64,000 nt of DNA, from IMG/VR virus record IMGVR_UViG_3300010373_000042, positions 7,573-71,572 of that record; one strand, 5' to 3'. The notes under the pieces were generated by a model. That model was not told the origin of the DNA. It ran no database searches and saw nothing but the letters and a program-made list of their open reading frames with translations. Both the position numbers and the translations under genes were made by a program. Shown here piece by piece: positions 28,244 through 38,414 of the stretch; positions within the stretch are counted from its first letter, which is position 1, and each line of letters opens with the position of its first letter. The stretch comes from a virus.

Positions 28244-28594
28244 ATGTGGTTACCCACAAGGGCGCAAGTCGATTCGGCCAGCAGACACGCCATCTCGATT
28301 GCCGGCACTGCTATCGCGATATTCGGTTTGCAGGCCAAGGGTGTCTCGCTGGATCAGGTCAAGGAAGTCATCGCCGCGCTGGGAAGCACGGTGAATGATA
28401 TCGTGGTGTTGATCGCCGCACTCGCGCCGCTCTACGCCATGCTCAAGGCCAGCCACACGGCGAGCCCGGTGGAGCAGGCCAAAGCTGTTGAAGCAAACGG
28501 CGCGGTCGTCGTGGCTTCGCCGGCCATCGCTGCTGCAACCCCGAACAGTCCCAACATTGTTTCCAACGCTGATATGAAGGTGGTGTCCAAATGA
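28244..28594 (+). CDS. putative holin
   Basis: Two hydrophobic segments; directly after the lysin. Confidence 0.55.
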   Translation: MWLPTRAQVDSASRHAISIAGTAIAIFGLQAKGVSLDQVKEVIAALGSTVNDIVVLIAALAPLYAMLKASHTASPVEQAKAVEANGAVVVASPAIAAATPNSPNIVSNADMKVVSK

Positions 28595-28992
28595 AGAAGC
28601 TTTTTGCTATCGCAATTCTCGGGTTAACGCTCGCCGGCTGCGCTCAGTTTCAAACCGCTATCGACGATATCAAGGGCGCGTATACGATGGTCACCACGGC
28701 GACCGTCACGGCGGGGCAGGCTGGTATCGTGGCGAATGCCTACGATGCCCTAAAGGTAACGGCCACCAACTACGGCAACTACTGCATCACGCAGAAATTT
28801 CCCCAACCGCTGTGCTCGGCTGCCAACCGCCGCGCCGTGATCCGCGGCGTCAATGCCGGAACTGCGGCTCGTGCCGCCGTCGAAGCTGCGGTTGCCACCA
28901 ACCAGCCCGTGACGGGCGCCATCTACAACGCCCTCGTGTCGGCGGTTCAAGCGCTGCGAGCAACCCCCATCAATACCGTGAAAGGCTCCTGA
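28591..28992 (+). CDS. lipoprotein (spanin-like position)
   Basis: MKKLFAIAILGLTLAGC lipobox. Confidence 0.65.
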   Translation: MKKLFAIAILGLTLAGCAQFQTAIDDIKGAYTMVTTATVTAGQAGIVANAYDALKVTATNYGNYCITQKFPQPLCSAANRRAVIRGVNAGTAARAAVEAAVATNQPVTGAIYNALVSAVQALRATPINTVKGS

Positions 28993-28993
28993 C

Positions 28994-29341
28994 ATGAATC
29001 CCCAAGTAATCCTTGCCATCCTCGCCGTGATTGAGCCCCTGATCGGCACTTCTGCCGCAACGGCCTCGATGATCACCAATATCATCAACGCGCTCAGCGC
29101 GCTGTTGCCCTACATCATCAACGAGATTTCGACGGTATACACGGCGGTCAAGAACATCATTTCTCTGCTGCAGAACAGCAGCGGCTCGATGACCGCGGAC
29201 CAAGTTACGGCGCTCCAGACGCTGGACGCGCAAGTCGACGCCGGATGGGCCGCAGTGCAGGCTCAGATCGATCCCGACAATCCGGCCAACGCTGGCACTC
29301 CGGCTGGCGATCCGACTGTCACGTCCACTGCTGGCGATTGA
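28994..29341 (+). CDS. hypothetical membrane-associated protein
   Basis: Hydrophobic/amphipathic N-terminal half in lysis cassette. Confidence 0.55.
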   Translation: MNPQVILAILAVIEPLIGTSAATASMITNIINALSALLPYIINEISTVYTAVKNIISLLQNSSGSMTADQVTALQTLDAQVDAGWAAVQAQIDPDNPANAGTPAGDPTVTSTAGD

Positions 29342-29462
29342 TCATGACGAAGCGAGCCGATCCGACCGCGGTAACGGCGGATCGGCTCTAACCACTCCAA
29401 ACCCTCGCGAAAGGGAATGAAATGGCTGCCAACGATCACACCATGAAAACGGTTAACGACCG

Positions 29463-29711
29463 ATGAGTGGAGGCGCGGACGATTTGCTTGAACTGATCAA
29501 GATCGCCGGCGGCCCCGCTGCGGTGGCGGGACTCGGATGGTGGCTACGCGGAAAATTCAGCGACATCGTCGACTCCGGAAAGGAACAGCTCATGACGCAC
29601 GAAAGAGACGATGAGCGCCGGCACCGGCAGAACCTCGTACGGTTTGCCAAGATCAATATGAAACTCGGCATCGAAGATTTCGACGAGGTTAACGGTCAGC
29701 ACGGGGGATAA
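29463..29711 (+). CDS. hypothetical single-TM protein
   Basis: AAVAGLGWWL; start overlaps stop of a 14-codon upstream ORF. Confidence 0.55.
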   Translation: MSGGADDLLELIKIAGGPAAVAGLGWWLRGKFSDIVDSGKEQLMTHERDDERRHRQNLVRFAKINMKLGIEDFDEVNGQHGG

Positions 29712-29712
29712 C

Positions 29713-30228
29713 ATGTTCAAACTGCTGGCCGTCGTTGCGCTCATTTGTGTTGTCTGTGGCAATGCCGAGGCACGTCAGCGCCATTATTCCGCAGCTAGCT
29801 GCATCGAAACCGGATCGGTCACGCATCCATATTGCATGGGGCAGAACAATCCCTTCGCGGGCATCAGGTCAATTCGTGTGACGATGCACCGGGTTAAAGC
29901 GCGGCAATCGAATTCCTATGGTGCCGGCGATATCATTCCTCATCCCGCCGGCTGTCCCTCGCGCGCCTTCTGCGGCTGCGGAGCGGCGGTGCGCATCTTC
30001 GGCCATTCGATCCGCGATCTCTGGCTCGCATCCAACTGGTTCCGGTTTCCGCGCGCAGCACCGGCGCCGGGCATGGCCGCAGTGCGGCGCCATCACGTCA
30101 TGGTGCTTGAGGCTGATCTCGGCGGGGGTGTCTGGGAAGTATTCGACGCCAATAGCGGACATCATCTCACGCGAGTTCATGCCCGATCAATCGCGGGCTA
30201 TGTGATCGTCAATCCGAGGGCCGGATGA
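29713..30228 (+). CDS. secreted CHAP-like Cys protein
   Basis: Signal peptide; FCGCGAA...LASNW...AAVRRHHV...DANSG. Confidence 0.5.
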   Translation: MFKLLAVVALICVVCGNAEARQRHYSAASCIETGSVTHPYCMGQNNPFAGIRSIRVTMHRVKARQSNSYGAGDIIPHPAGCPSRAFCGCGAAVRIFGHSIRDLWLASNWFRFPRAAPAPGMAAVRRHHVMVLEADLGGGVWEVFDANSGHHLTRVHARSIAGYVIVNPRAG

Positions 30229-30635
30229 TCGGGGCAAGAGGCTGCTTCGTCGTCGCAGCTTGGATCGTTGCCTGCCTGCTGTTCGCATCTCACGCCCGCG
30301 CCCGCGATCTCGGGCAATGGGAGGCGCAGGATCCCGCCGTCGCCGAATGGTATCGCTCGCTGATGCGCCCCGACGTCCCGACCATGTCCTGCTGCGGCGT
30401 GGCCGACGCCTACTGGTGCGATGACATACATGTCAAAGGCGACAAGACGTTCTGCCGGATCACCGATGACCGCCCGGACGCACCGCGAGGCCGGCCGCAT
30501 ATCGACGTCGGAACCGAATACGAGATACCGCCCGAGAAGCTGAAATGGGACCGCTCGAATCCGACCGGCCACTTCATCATCTTCCTGAGCCGCGCCGGAT
30601 ATGTCTGGTGCTTCGTACAGGGCAGCGGAATTTAG
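30225..30635 (+). CDS. secreted Cys-rich protein
   Basis: Signal peptide; SCCGVADAY...NPTGH...WCFV.G. Confidence 0.6.
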   Translation: MIGARGCFVVAAWIVACLLFASHARARDLGQWEAQDPAVAEWYRSLMRPDVPTMSCCGVADAYWCDDIHVKGDKTFCRITDDRPDAPRGRPHIDVGTEYEIPPEKLKWDRSNPTGHFIIFLSRAGYVWCFVQGSGI

Positions 30636-30638
30636 TCG

Positions 30639-30983
30639 CTATTTTACCGGATCGCCGGTCCTGTAGTTGATCGGCATATGGACTAGAGGCTCCGGTACAG
30701 CCAACCCGGTCACGGTAGGTGCGCCGCCAGTTGTTGGGCCCGGTGCATCAGCCTGAAACGTGCTGTCCAGCGCCGGCCCTCCGTTGCCGATCGCGTCCAT
30801 GGCGGCCATCTGCTTTTCGTACTCGGCGATCTTGGCCATGTTTTCGTCGTTGACGCCGAGGCGTGCCTCGAATGCATCCATGATGGCTGCGTGCTTCGGC
30901 GCGGTAGTGGCTGCTCGCTCAGTGAGGGCTTTGGCGCGCTTCATGCCCTCGACCAGTTTCTGTATGTCTGCTGCTGATGCCAT
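30639..30983 (-). CDS. hypothetical protein
   Basis: MASAADIQKL start with AAGGTG RBS; last gene of the minus-strand operon. Confidence 0.5.
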   Translation of the reverse strand: MASAADIQKLVEGMKRAKALTERAATTAPKHAAIMDAFEARLGVNDENMAKIAEYEKQMAAMDAIGNGGPALDSTFQADAPGPTTGGAPTVTGLAVPEPLVHMPINYRTGDPVK

Positions 30984-31088
30984 GGGCTCACCTTTGTAGG
31001 CTGCGAGGATGTCGGCGAGGAACGGCAACATTCGATAGCGCAGCAGCGCCTCGAACAAATCGCCATCCCAATAGTAACGGAAGGCCAT

Positions 31089-31730
31089 TCATTCCGCCAC
31101 CGACGTCACTCTGATTTGCTCAATCTTCTGTTTCATCTCGTCCGGTGTCAGCGAAAAATCGCTGTCGGGCGTATCGACGCCGGGTAACTTCAGGTGCCAC
31201 TCGATCATCGGTACCGCAGTCGGGATGATGTCGCAGCCGTGGTCCGAGACACCGAGCGGAACCACCGAGCCGTCGTAATTGGTGGCGTGAAGAACCATGA
31301 CGTCAGCCGTCGGTCGGACCGACATCACGATCGGCTTTCCGGTTTCCTTGACAGCCTTGATCAGTTCCCAGTCTAACATCTCGAAGGCCGAGATTTTGTA
31401 CCGCGGACAGGCCAGCGTCTCGAGATAGGCGACGTCGAGCGGATCAAACACCGACGAGAACCACGCAATGTCCAGCGTAGCGCAATGTGCGATCAGCGTC
31501 GGAAACCATCCCCATGGCGTCCAGACTTGCCGGTATAGGTCGATCAGCGGCACCCCGCCGGCCAGCGCCAGCACTTCCGGCCGGTTGCGTTTGATCGCCT
31601 GGCGATCTGGGGAGAAGCACTGGAATTTCACGGCATCGGCGCCGGCCGCCTTCGCGGCATTGATCAGCTTCAGCGCATTGACGAGCGAGCCAGCATGGTT
31701 CCCGCTCAGCTCCGCTATCACTTCGGTCAT
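31089..31730 (-). CDS. pseI: nonulosonic acid synthase (PseI/NeuB family), compact
   Basis: VIAELSGNHAG...AKAAGADAVKFQ...FSSVFD...YKISAFE...GVSDH...IEWH...DSDFSL. Confidence 0.85.
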   Translation of the reverse strand: MTEVIAELSGNHAGSLVNALKLINAAKAAGADAVKFQCFSPDRQAIKRNRPEVLALAGGVPLIDLYRQVWTPWGWFPTLIAHCATLDIAWFSSVFDPLDVAYLETLACPRYKISAFEMLDWELIKAVKETGKPIVMSVRPTADVMVLHATNYDGSVVPLGVSDHGCDIIPTAVPMIEWHLKLPGVDTPDSDFSLTPDEMKQKIEQIRVTSVAE

Positions 31731-32155
31731 CAGTAATCCCCGTCCACAACCTGGGCGCAGGGGATCCCTGCGGCGCGCCACGCCTTCACGACCCGTGTCC
31801 GGTCGTCGAACGCCATGATCGGCTCAAAGCCGTCGCGCCGAAGCTCTGCCAGTAACTCGACCTTCAGAATATCGTCCGGCTTGTGATCGCCGGCGCACCG
31901 CATGTAGAGACGTCCGGGAGGTAGACTGTGCTTCTTCAGCCATTCAACCGTAGCGTCTCGCACCCGATCAGACCGGCCGGAAACGTAGACGATGTCATTG
32001 TCATTATGAAGCGCGCGCGCCACCCGAATCATATGGTCGATCGGTGCGTCCTTGTCGCATGCGTCGAAAAACGCGTTCCAATCCGGTAGCAGATGAAGGC
32101 GATGCTCAAGATTGGCGATCGTTCCATCGATGTCGAAGACGTATACCGGTTTCAT
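31730..32155 (-). CDS. HAD phosphatase (T4 PNK phosphatase-like)
   Basis: VFDIDGT, VSGR, K, FDDR motifs. Confidence 0.85.
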   Translation of the reverse strand: MKPVYVFDIDGTIANLEHRLHLLPDWNAFFDACDKDAPIDHMIRVARALHNDNDIVYVSGRSDRVRDATVEWLKKHSLPPGRLYMRCAGDHKPDDILKVELLAELRRDGFEPIMAFDDRTRVVKAWRAAGIPCAQVVDGDY

Positions 32156-32310
32156 TCGTCATCATCCTTCTCGGAAAAATCATGATGGAAGCCGACAGCG
32201 TGGATGTCGCTTGGCTTGGTGCGCAGCCGAGGCGTCAACGGGCCATCCTCCGGAATCCGAGGAGGGTTGATGCGCCGCAGATAGTCGCGCCGAATCGGAC
32301 GCGGGCTCAC
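32152..32310 (-). CDS. hypothetical small protein
   Basis: GTGA/ATGA overlaps with both neighbours. Confidence 0.45.
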   Translation of the reverse strand: MSPRPIRRDYLRRINPPRIPEDGPLTPRLRTKPSDIHAVGFHHDFSEKDDDE

Positions 32311-33425
32311 TGGTCTATCACCCATTTTTCCGCCGCCCGTTTGAACGCATCGCCAATCTGCTTGATCTGCTCGCCAGTCGGCGACCTCGCGCAGTTTTCG
32401 AAATACAGCAGCCTCCGGTCCTGCAAATCCTCCGCCACCGGGCACGGCCGCGCGAATCGCGAAAATGCCGACATGCGATACAACGGATCGACGTAGCCTT
32501 CCTCGATCGGCACGCCGTCCTCGCGCAACGCCGCGCATAACTCGGCCCGGTTCTTCTCCACCAGGAACGGGATGCAATAGTACGAATGCGTGCAGCCCTC
32601 CCGCACCACCGGCGGCCGCAATCCCGGAATATCGCCGATCGCCGCAATGATCGCCTCGGCTTGCTCGACACGCTCGGCCACGATCTGCTTGCCGCGCCGC
32701 AGTTGCGTCAGCGCAATCGCCGCGCAGACTTCCGGCATTCGGAGATTGAGGCCTATCGGTCCTCCGGTGTTTTCCCCGTGATTGATGAACGCGCGCATCT
32801 TCGCGGCTAGATCATCGTCGTCCGTCGTGCAGATGCCGCCTTCGCCGCACTGGATCGGCTTGTGGATGTTGAGCGACCAGACGCCGATATGTCCGATCGT
32901 TCCGGCGTATTTGCCATGCTCCATCGCGAACGGAGATTGCGCGTTGTCCTCAATCAATATACCGCGCAGAACCTCAGCGGTTCTCCTCGCTTCTTTGAGA
33001 GTTGCCGGGTGCCCGAACAGGTTAGTGATGATCGAAGCTTTGACGTTCCCGTGATGCGGCGGACATTCCTGCAAGGAGAAATTCTGGTCCTCGATATCGC
33101 CGAAGATGACCTTGGCACCCAGAAACGCGGGGGCAGCGGCGGTCGCGCTCATGGTGAAAGGTGTCGTAATGACCTTATCGGTTGGATCATCTCCTATACC
33201 CGCAGCCGCACACGCCGCCAGCAGGCCCGACGTCGCACTATTGCACGCCACCGCATGCTTCACCCCGAATGTCTCGCACCACGCATCCTCCAGCGCGCAG
33301 ACATTCCTGCCGCCGCGCTCCTTGCCGGCCAGATACCCGGACAGCGGGCCGTTTACCATGGCAGTGATCGCGGCCATGGTCTCGACCTTGCCGATGGTGT
33401 TGAATGGCTTGATCGTCCCGATCAT
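32307..33425 (-). CDS. DegT/DnrJ sugar aminotransferase (PseC/LegC-like)
   Basis: NSATSGL, IEDNAQS, SLNIHKPIQCGEGG (PLP Lys). Confidence 0.92.
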   Translation of the reverse strand: MIGTIKPFNTIGKVETMAAITAMVNGPLSGYLAGKERGGRNVCALEDAWCETFGVKHAVACNSATSGLLAACAAAGIGDDPTDKVITTPFTMSATAAAPAFLGAKVIFGDIEDQNFSLQECPPHHGNVKASIITNLFGHPATLKEARRTAEVLRGILIEDNAQSPFAMEHGKYAGTIGHIGVWSLNIHKPIQCGEGGICTTDDDDLAAKMRAFINHGENTGGPIGLNLRMPEVCAAIALTQLRRGKQIVAERVEQAEAIIAAIGDIPGLRPPVVREGCTHSYYCIPFLVEKNRAELCAALREDGVPIEEGYVDPLYRMSAFSRFARPCPVAEDLQDRRLLYFENCARSPTGEQIKQIGDAFKRAAEKWVIDQ

Positions 33426-33877
33426 ATCTGCGGCTCCCGTCGGTATTGCACGAAACCATCCTTCTGCCCGACCAGATCGAAACCGCACTGGGCGAAGATA
33501 TTGCGCGAGCGATAATTGTCGCGTCTGATGTCTGCGTTGATGGTGTACTCGGTCATGTAGCAGCACGCCTGCGCGAGTACCGTTCCGGCCAGCCCCTTGC
33601 CGCGGTGCGCCGGTGCCATTGTGATCGACGCCTCGAATGTCATGGTGTCGTTCTTCTCGGCATCGAAGCGAACCACGCCGAGTTTTCCTTCGTAATTCTC
33701 GGCGATCAGGACGATATGCTCCGGGTATCCGTGCATGACGTTGAACCGCATCCATTGGTCGTGATCCTCGCGCGGCACGGCGGCGGTCGAGCGGAAACAC
33801 GCCAGCGTCACTGGATCGTTGCGCCACGCGAACAGGTCGTCGGCATCCTTGGGCATGGCGGGGCGAAGGGATATCAT
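33422..33877 (-). CDS. GNAT N-acetyltransferase (PseH-like)
   Basis: LRPA..DADDLFAWRNDP...H..W...GVVRFD...HRGKGLA...N..S..IF..CGF. Confidence 0.8.
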   Translation of the reverse strand: MISLRPAMPKDADDLFAWRNDPVTLACFRSTAAVPREDHDQWMRFNVMHGYPEHIVLIAENYEGKLGVVRFDAEKNDTMTFEASITMAPAHRGKGLAGTVLAQACCYMTEYTINADIRRDNYRSRNIFAQCGFDLVGQKDGFVQYRREPQI

Positions 33878-34068
33878 GGCAACCGTTTGCATGCTGGCGG
33901 CACATGATAATACGTGCTCAACGGCATTCCGGCCGGCCATATAGCGACCGAGACGATAAGTTCCGAGGGTGCAGCATCATCGTCGGCAGGACATCTAGCG
34001 TGGTGCATTCCCGCGCCAGTACCGACAATCAGGCAACCAATTATCCAATAGCCCATCAGGTATTTCAT
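33874..34068 (-). CDS. small hydrophobic protein
   Basis: GAGG RBS; overlaps both neighbours. Confidence 0.5.
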   Translation of the reverse strand: MKYLMGYWIIGCLIVGTGAGMHHARCPADDDAAPSELIVSVAIWPAGMPLSTYYHVPPACKRLP

Positions 34069-34715
34069 ATTACGCTCCTCAGCGTCATGAAGGCTTCCGC
34101 ATAGTGCACACCGCACGCGGCCCCTCGCAAAATCGCCAGCGCCTCGACCGCTTCAAACGAACGAGCATGGGGCGCATTTCGCATTTCATCGCCGTATCGG
34201 TGAAGCGCGGCAACCTTCCGGTCCAGTTCGCTCATCAGAATGACAAAATGATCGGGTGCAAACCCGCTTCCCCACTCGGTCGACGACAGCACCTCGAACG
34301 CATAGATCGCGCGAACGGTCGAGCCGGGCAGTGGCCGCAACGCTGTCATGGCCGCCTGATGCACGATGCGATGGTCGTTGTTCAAGTCTCCGGCGTGGTG
34401 TGTGTAGACGATGGTCGGTTTGATCTCGGCGATGTTCTTCTCGATGGCCTGCGTGATTTCTAGCAGAGGCAACGTATCGAGCTTCTGGTCCGCGTAGTCG
34501 AGGAAGATCGGAGGCTGCGTGCCGAGAACCTTGCTGGCCTCGAAAGCCGCGATGTTGCGGTTCGGCTTGGCTGCCATCACGCGCGCCGTCTCGCCGTCGG
34601 CCACGAACAGCACATGCACGGTATCGCCATCGGCCACATGCCGCGCAATCGTGCCGCCGCAACCGAGCGCTTCGTCGTCGGGGTGGGCTGCGATGACGAG
34701 GACGCGGTCGGTCAA
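34065..34715 (-). CDS. PIG-L/LmbE family deacetylase
   Basis: AAHPDDEALGCGG and DLNNDH motifs. Confidence 0.92.
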   Translation of the reverse strand: MTDRVLVIAAHPDDEALGCGGTIARHVADGDTVHVLFVADGETARVMAAKPNRNIAAFEASKVLGTQPPIFLDYADQKLDTLPLLEITQAIEKNIAEIKPTIVYTHHAGDLNNDHRIVHQAAMTALRPLPGSTVRAIYAFEVLSSTEWGSGFAPDHFVILMSELDRKVAALHRYGDEMRNAPHARSFEAVEALAILRGAACGVHYAEAFMTLRSVI

Positions 34716-35551
34716 AGCCTCTCCTCCACATAATTCCGCCGGATCACCAGTCCGTCCTCGATCTTGTCAGGCGCCACGAATGGTTTGCCTTCCCAAAGCT
34801 TGATTGTCGCGTCGAGAATGTCGAAGCCGGCCATCACAGTGAAAATGCACGAACCGGACAGTCGCGGATTCAACTCGATGATGTAGAGCTTGCCGGTCGC
34901 GCGCTCGCGGATGATCTGGATGTTGATCGGACCGCGGAATGTGAATTTGCTGACCACGAGTAGCGCGAGGTTGATGATCTCGGCATCCATTACGATCTTG
35001 CCGATGATCGAAACGCCGTTCGCCTGAATGCGAAGGCGAGGGACCGCGAACAGGAATGCGCCATCCATGCCGGTCAGGACGTCGACGGTGTATTCGTCGC
35101 CTTCTATTCTCTGTTGCGCCAAATATCCATCAGGTAACGGGAAGATGCCCCGGCCGCCACGACCGCGCTCGGGCTTGAGAACGGGATTCGGTACGCCGGG
35201 AGCGACAGGAATTCCGGCCAGTTCCATCGCACGTTGTTGGGCAATCTTGCTGGTGAAGATTTCCACGGTTTCACTCGGCGAACAAAGCACAGGCCTTGTG
35301 AAGCCGGAAATTAGCGTGATCTCCTCGTCCAAAAACGGAAGGTATAGGTCAACCGAATTATCGATGATGAATTCTCCAAATCGCATCAGATAAAGGCTGC
35401 CAACATGCGGCGACTGCAGAAACTTGTCACAGCCGCTCGAAGCGCCATACGCCGAGCAATCATGCCCGATGACGTAATGCCCGAGCGATTGCAAATGCCG
35501 GATGATCGACGGCGCAACGGCTGATCCGGCTGCCGACATCATCACGCGCAT
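34712..35551 (-). CDS. ATP-grasp ligase
   Basis: KPERGRGGRG, QQRIEGDEYTVD, IIELNPRLSG. Confidence 0.88.
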   Translation of the reverse strand: MRVMMSAAGSAVAPSIIRHLQSLGHYVIGHDCSAYGASSGCDKFLQSPHVGSLYLMRFGEFIIDNSVDLYLPFLDEEITLISGFTRPVLCSPSETVEIFTSKIAQQRAMELAGIPVAPGVPNPVLKPERGRGGRGIFPLPDGYLAQQRIEGDEYTVDVLTGMDGAFLFAVPRLRIQANGVSIIGKIVMDAEIINLALLVVSKFTFRGPINIQIIRERATGKLYIIELNPRLSGSCIFTVMAGFDILDATIKLWEGKPFVAPDKIEDGLVIRRNYVEERL

Positions 35552-36399
35552 GACAATGCCTCCCGCAATTCGTCGACCGACATGCGGCGGGCGTGTTCGC
35601 TGGAATTTCCTTCCGCCATGCTCTCGTGACGCTTCTCGAATGCCGGCAGCCCGCGCACGTCCATCTTGGCGCCCATGGCCTCGGCCAGATCGCCGAGCCG
35701 GTAGGCGGGGAGGGTGGGGATAGCGATCTCGCCGCCCTTCATGGTATCGGCGGTGCGCAATACCAGATCGACAGCTTCATCCATCGTCATGAAGAACCGT
35801 GTGCAGTCAGGATCAGTGACGGGCACCACATCGGAGGTTTCGAGTATTCTGCGCCAAGTTGGGACGACCGAGCCGGTGGAGCACCAAACGTTGCCGTACC
35901 GGACAGCAGCGAAACGCGGACCGTTATTTCCTCGCGTGTTGTTGGCGGCAAGGAAAAGCGATTCCGCAAATGCCTTGCTGGTCCCGTAGGGGCTAACCGG
36001 CTCGAAAGCCTTGTCAGACGACAGGGCAACCACCCGGTCAACACCAGCATCGGTCGCGGCCTCGATCACGTTCGCCGCGCCGTCGATGTTGGTCTTTTTC
36101 ACTTCAAGCGGATTGTATGCGCCGACCTCTATTCGCTTCAGTGCGGCGGCATGGATCACGACCTCGATATCTTCCATCGCCCGGCGTAACCTGTCGCGGT
36201 CCCGGACATCTCCGATGAAGTAGCGCATGCGCCAGTCTGCGGCGGGTAGCACAGCCAGATCGCGCGCCAGTTCGGCCTGCCGATGTTCATTGCGGGAATA
36301 GACCACAATGCGCAACGGCCCTTCGTTCATCCCCAGCAGACGCCGCACGAACGCCGTGCCGAAAAATCCCGAACCGCCGGTGATGAGGACCGATTTCAA
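35542..36399 (-). CDS. pseB: UDP-GlcNAc 4,6-dehydratase (PseB/FlaA1-like)
   Basis: ITGGSGFFG, HAAALK, LSSDKA..P..YGTSK, VRYGNV, TRFF. Confidence 0.85.
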   Translation of the reverse strand: MKSVLITGGSGFFGTAFVRRLLGMNEGPLRIVVYSRNEHRQAELARDLAVLPAADWRMRYFIGDVRDRDRLRRAMEDIEVVIHAAALKRIEVGAYNPLEVKKTNIDGAANVIEAATDAGVDRVVALSSDKAFEPVSPYGTSKAFAESLFLAANNTRGNNGPRFAAVRYGNVWCSTGSVVPTWRRILETSDVVPVTDPDCTRFFMTMDEAVDLVLRTADTMKGGEIAIPTLPAYRLGDLAEAMGAKMDVRGLPAFEKRHESMAEGNSSEHARRMSVDELREALSCA

Positions 36400-38414
36400 G
36401 ATGCCCTCACCATCGGTCCGACGCTCGCGCCGTTCAATCGATCGGCAATGTCACCCTTGTCCATCGCTGCCCGCAAAACGCCGAGCGCGTGATCGTAGGA
36501 CTTCAGTATACGTTTGATCTCCGACGGACCATGCGCAGCGCAAAGATTGTGACTCGCCGTGATCAGCGTTCCCGATGCCACCATTTCCTTGCGGAATAGC
36601 GCGGCAATCTGGTCGTCACGGAATTTCAGCCGCTTGAACGGTGCCGCGCCGAACAGCCGGATTGCATCGCCGGTGCCATGCTTGAACATCAGCGCCTCGG
36701 CCTGCATCGCGAGATCATCGCCCACCTGCCAGAGCTTCGGTATCACCTCCTCTCGCTCCAGCTTCTTGATGGTGGCGATGCCAGCGGCAAGCGACAGCGT
36801 TTCGCCGAACATGGTGCCGCTGTAGAAAATGTTATCCGGTGGCTCGAACCGCTTCATGATGTCGCGGCGGCCGACGATGGCCGACAGCGGCATACCGTTC
36901 GCCATCGCCTTGCCGAACGTCGCAAGGTCTGGTGTGACACCCCACAGCTTCTGCGCCCCGCCGAGCGAGAAACGAAAGCCAGTGATGACTTCGTCGAAGA
37001 TCAGGAGGGTTCCGGTTTCATCACAGACATTCCGCAGAAGTTGGAGATATTCCGGATCAGCCTCGGGCTCGACGATAGCCGCGGCGAACTGGTAGTTTTT
37101 GGCGCGCTTCGGGATGCTGGCGATATGTTCCGCGCTACCGTAGGAAACCCGCGTGGTCAGATGCCGAACATCCTCCGGCACACCCAGGTTGCGTTCGACC
37201 GACCAATCCTGCCAGCCATGATAGCCGCCGCACATCAGGATTCGATCACGGCCCGTATGCGCGCGCGCAAGTCGGATCGCTGCCGACGTAACGTCGGTGC
37301 CGGTCTTGCCGAACCGAACCATTTCGGCGCAGGGAATCAGTCGGCAGAGCGTTTCCGCGAGCTCCGATTCAAGTTCTGTGGCGAGAGAGAATGAAACCCC
37401 AGAACAAAGCTGTCGTCGGACGGCCGCGTCAACGTCAGGGTCGCGGTAGCCGAGAATGTTTGGGAGCAGTGCGGACACGAGATCGACGTATTCTTGACCG
37501 TCAACGTCGTAAGCGATGCCGCCTTGTCCATGCGAAATGAACAGAGGGCTTGGTTGCGGATACTGGAGATGACTTTTGCTGAACGTTTGCGCGGCGAGCG
37601 GGATGACTTCGCGCGCTTTTTCGAACTGCGCTTGAGACCTTTGATAGCTACGCGCATAGATCGGCTCCTCGGCCAGCGCTTCGACGTAGCGCTCGTTACA
37701 GGGATGATGCGAATTGAGTTGCCGCAGCGTCGGGTGTTCGTCCAACAGCCCGAGCATATCGAGTTGGGACGGAGGGCCCTTGTCCCACGGCCACAGCGAC
37801 GCAATGGCTTTGCAGAAATCATAATCGTCGGCGGTGTCGAGTACCCAGCGCTCGTCCTGCAAGCCGGGAATCGGATTGATGACCGTCTCGGCCGGAAAGC
37901 GTGACCGATTGCGCTCGATCCAGGTGCAGACACCGTCGCGGTCGAGCGGGCGTGTGGCTTCCGCATCGGCTGCCGCAAGCGCCTCGTAGGTGAACGCCTG
38001 CACGTCGAGACCGTCGGGATAGGTGCGGGGCGATACGTTGGTGACAAACGCCGCACCGGTCTGCTTCTGCAAACGAACAACGGCGCCGATGACCTGAGGG
38101 TCCAGAAAGGGGCAATCTCCGGTCAACCTCAAAAGTACATCGGCGCCGCTAGCGTTGGCGCATCCGACGAAGCGCGACAGCACATCCGTTTCGGACCCTC
38201 GCCAACAAAAAAAGCCGTGGTCATCGCAGAAATCCGCGATCACGTCGTCCGCCAGCAGCGTGGACGTGGCGATCCACACCTCATCAACGCCCGGCGCGGC
38301 CGCGCAGGCTCGGTGGCACCACTCCAACACAGGGTGGTGACCGAGCGGCATCAGGACCTTGCCGGGCAAGCGCGTTGATCCGATACGGGCCTGGATGACG
38401 GAGACGACTTTCAT
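36396..38414 (-). CDS. SpsF-type cytidylyltransferase fused to class III aminotransferase
   Basis: IQARIGSTRLPGKVL...RLTGDCP N-domain; FDEVITGFR...FGKAMANG C-domain. Confidence 0.9.
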   Translation of the reverse strand: MKVVSVIQARIGSTRLPGKVLMPLGHHPVLEWCHRACAAAPGVDEVWIATSTLLADDVIADFCDDHGFFCWRGSETDVLSRFVGCANASGADVLLRLTGDCPFLDPQVIGAVVRLQKQTGAAFVTNVSPRTYPDGLDVQAFTYEALAAADAEATRPLDRDGVCTWIERNRSRFPAETVINPIPGLQDERWVLDTADDYDFCKAIASLWPWDKGPPSQLDMLGLLDEHPTLRQLNSHHPCNERYVEALAEEPIYARSYQRSQAQFEKAREVIPLAAQTFSKSHLQYPQPSPLFISHGQGGIAYDVDGQEYVDLVSALLPNILGYRDPDVDAAVRRQLCSGVSFSLATELESELAETLCRLIPCAEMVRFGKTGTDVTSAAIRLARAHTGRDRILMCGGYHGWQDWSVERNLGVPEDVRHLTTRVSYGSAEHIASIPKRAKNYQFAAAIVEPEADPEYLQLLRNVCDETGTLLIFDEVITGFRFSLGGAQKLWGVTPDLATFGKAMANGMPLSAIVGRRDIMKRFEPPDNIFYSGTMFGETLSLAAGIATIKKLEREEVIPKLWQVGDDLAMQAEALMFKHGTGDAIRLFGAAPFKRLKFRDDQIAALFRKEMVASGTLITASHNLCAAHGPSEIKRILKSYDHALGVLRAAMDKGDIADRLNGASVGPMVRAS

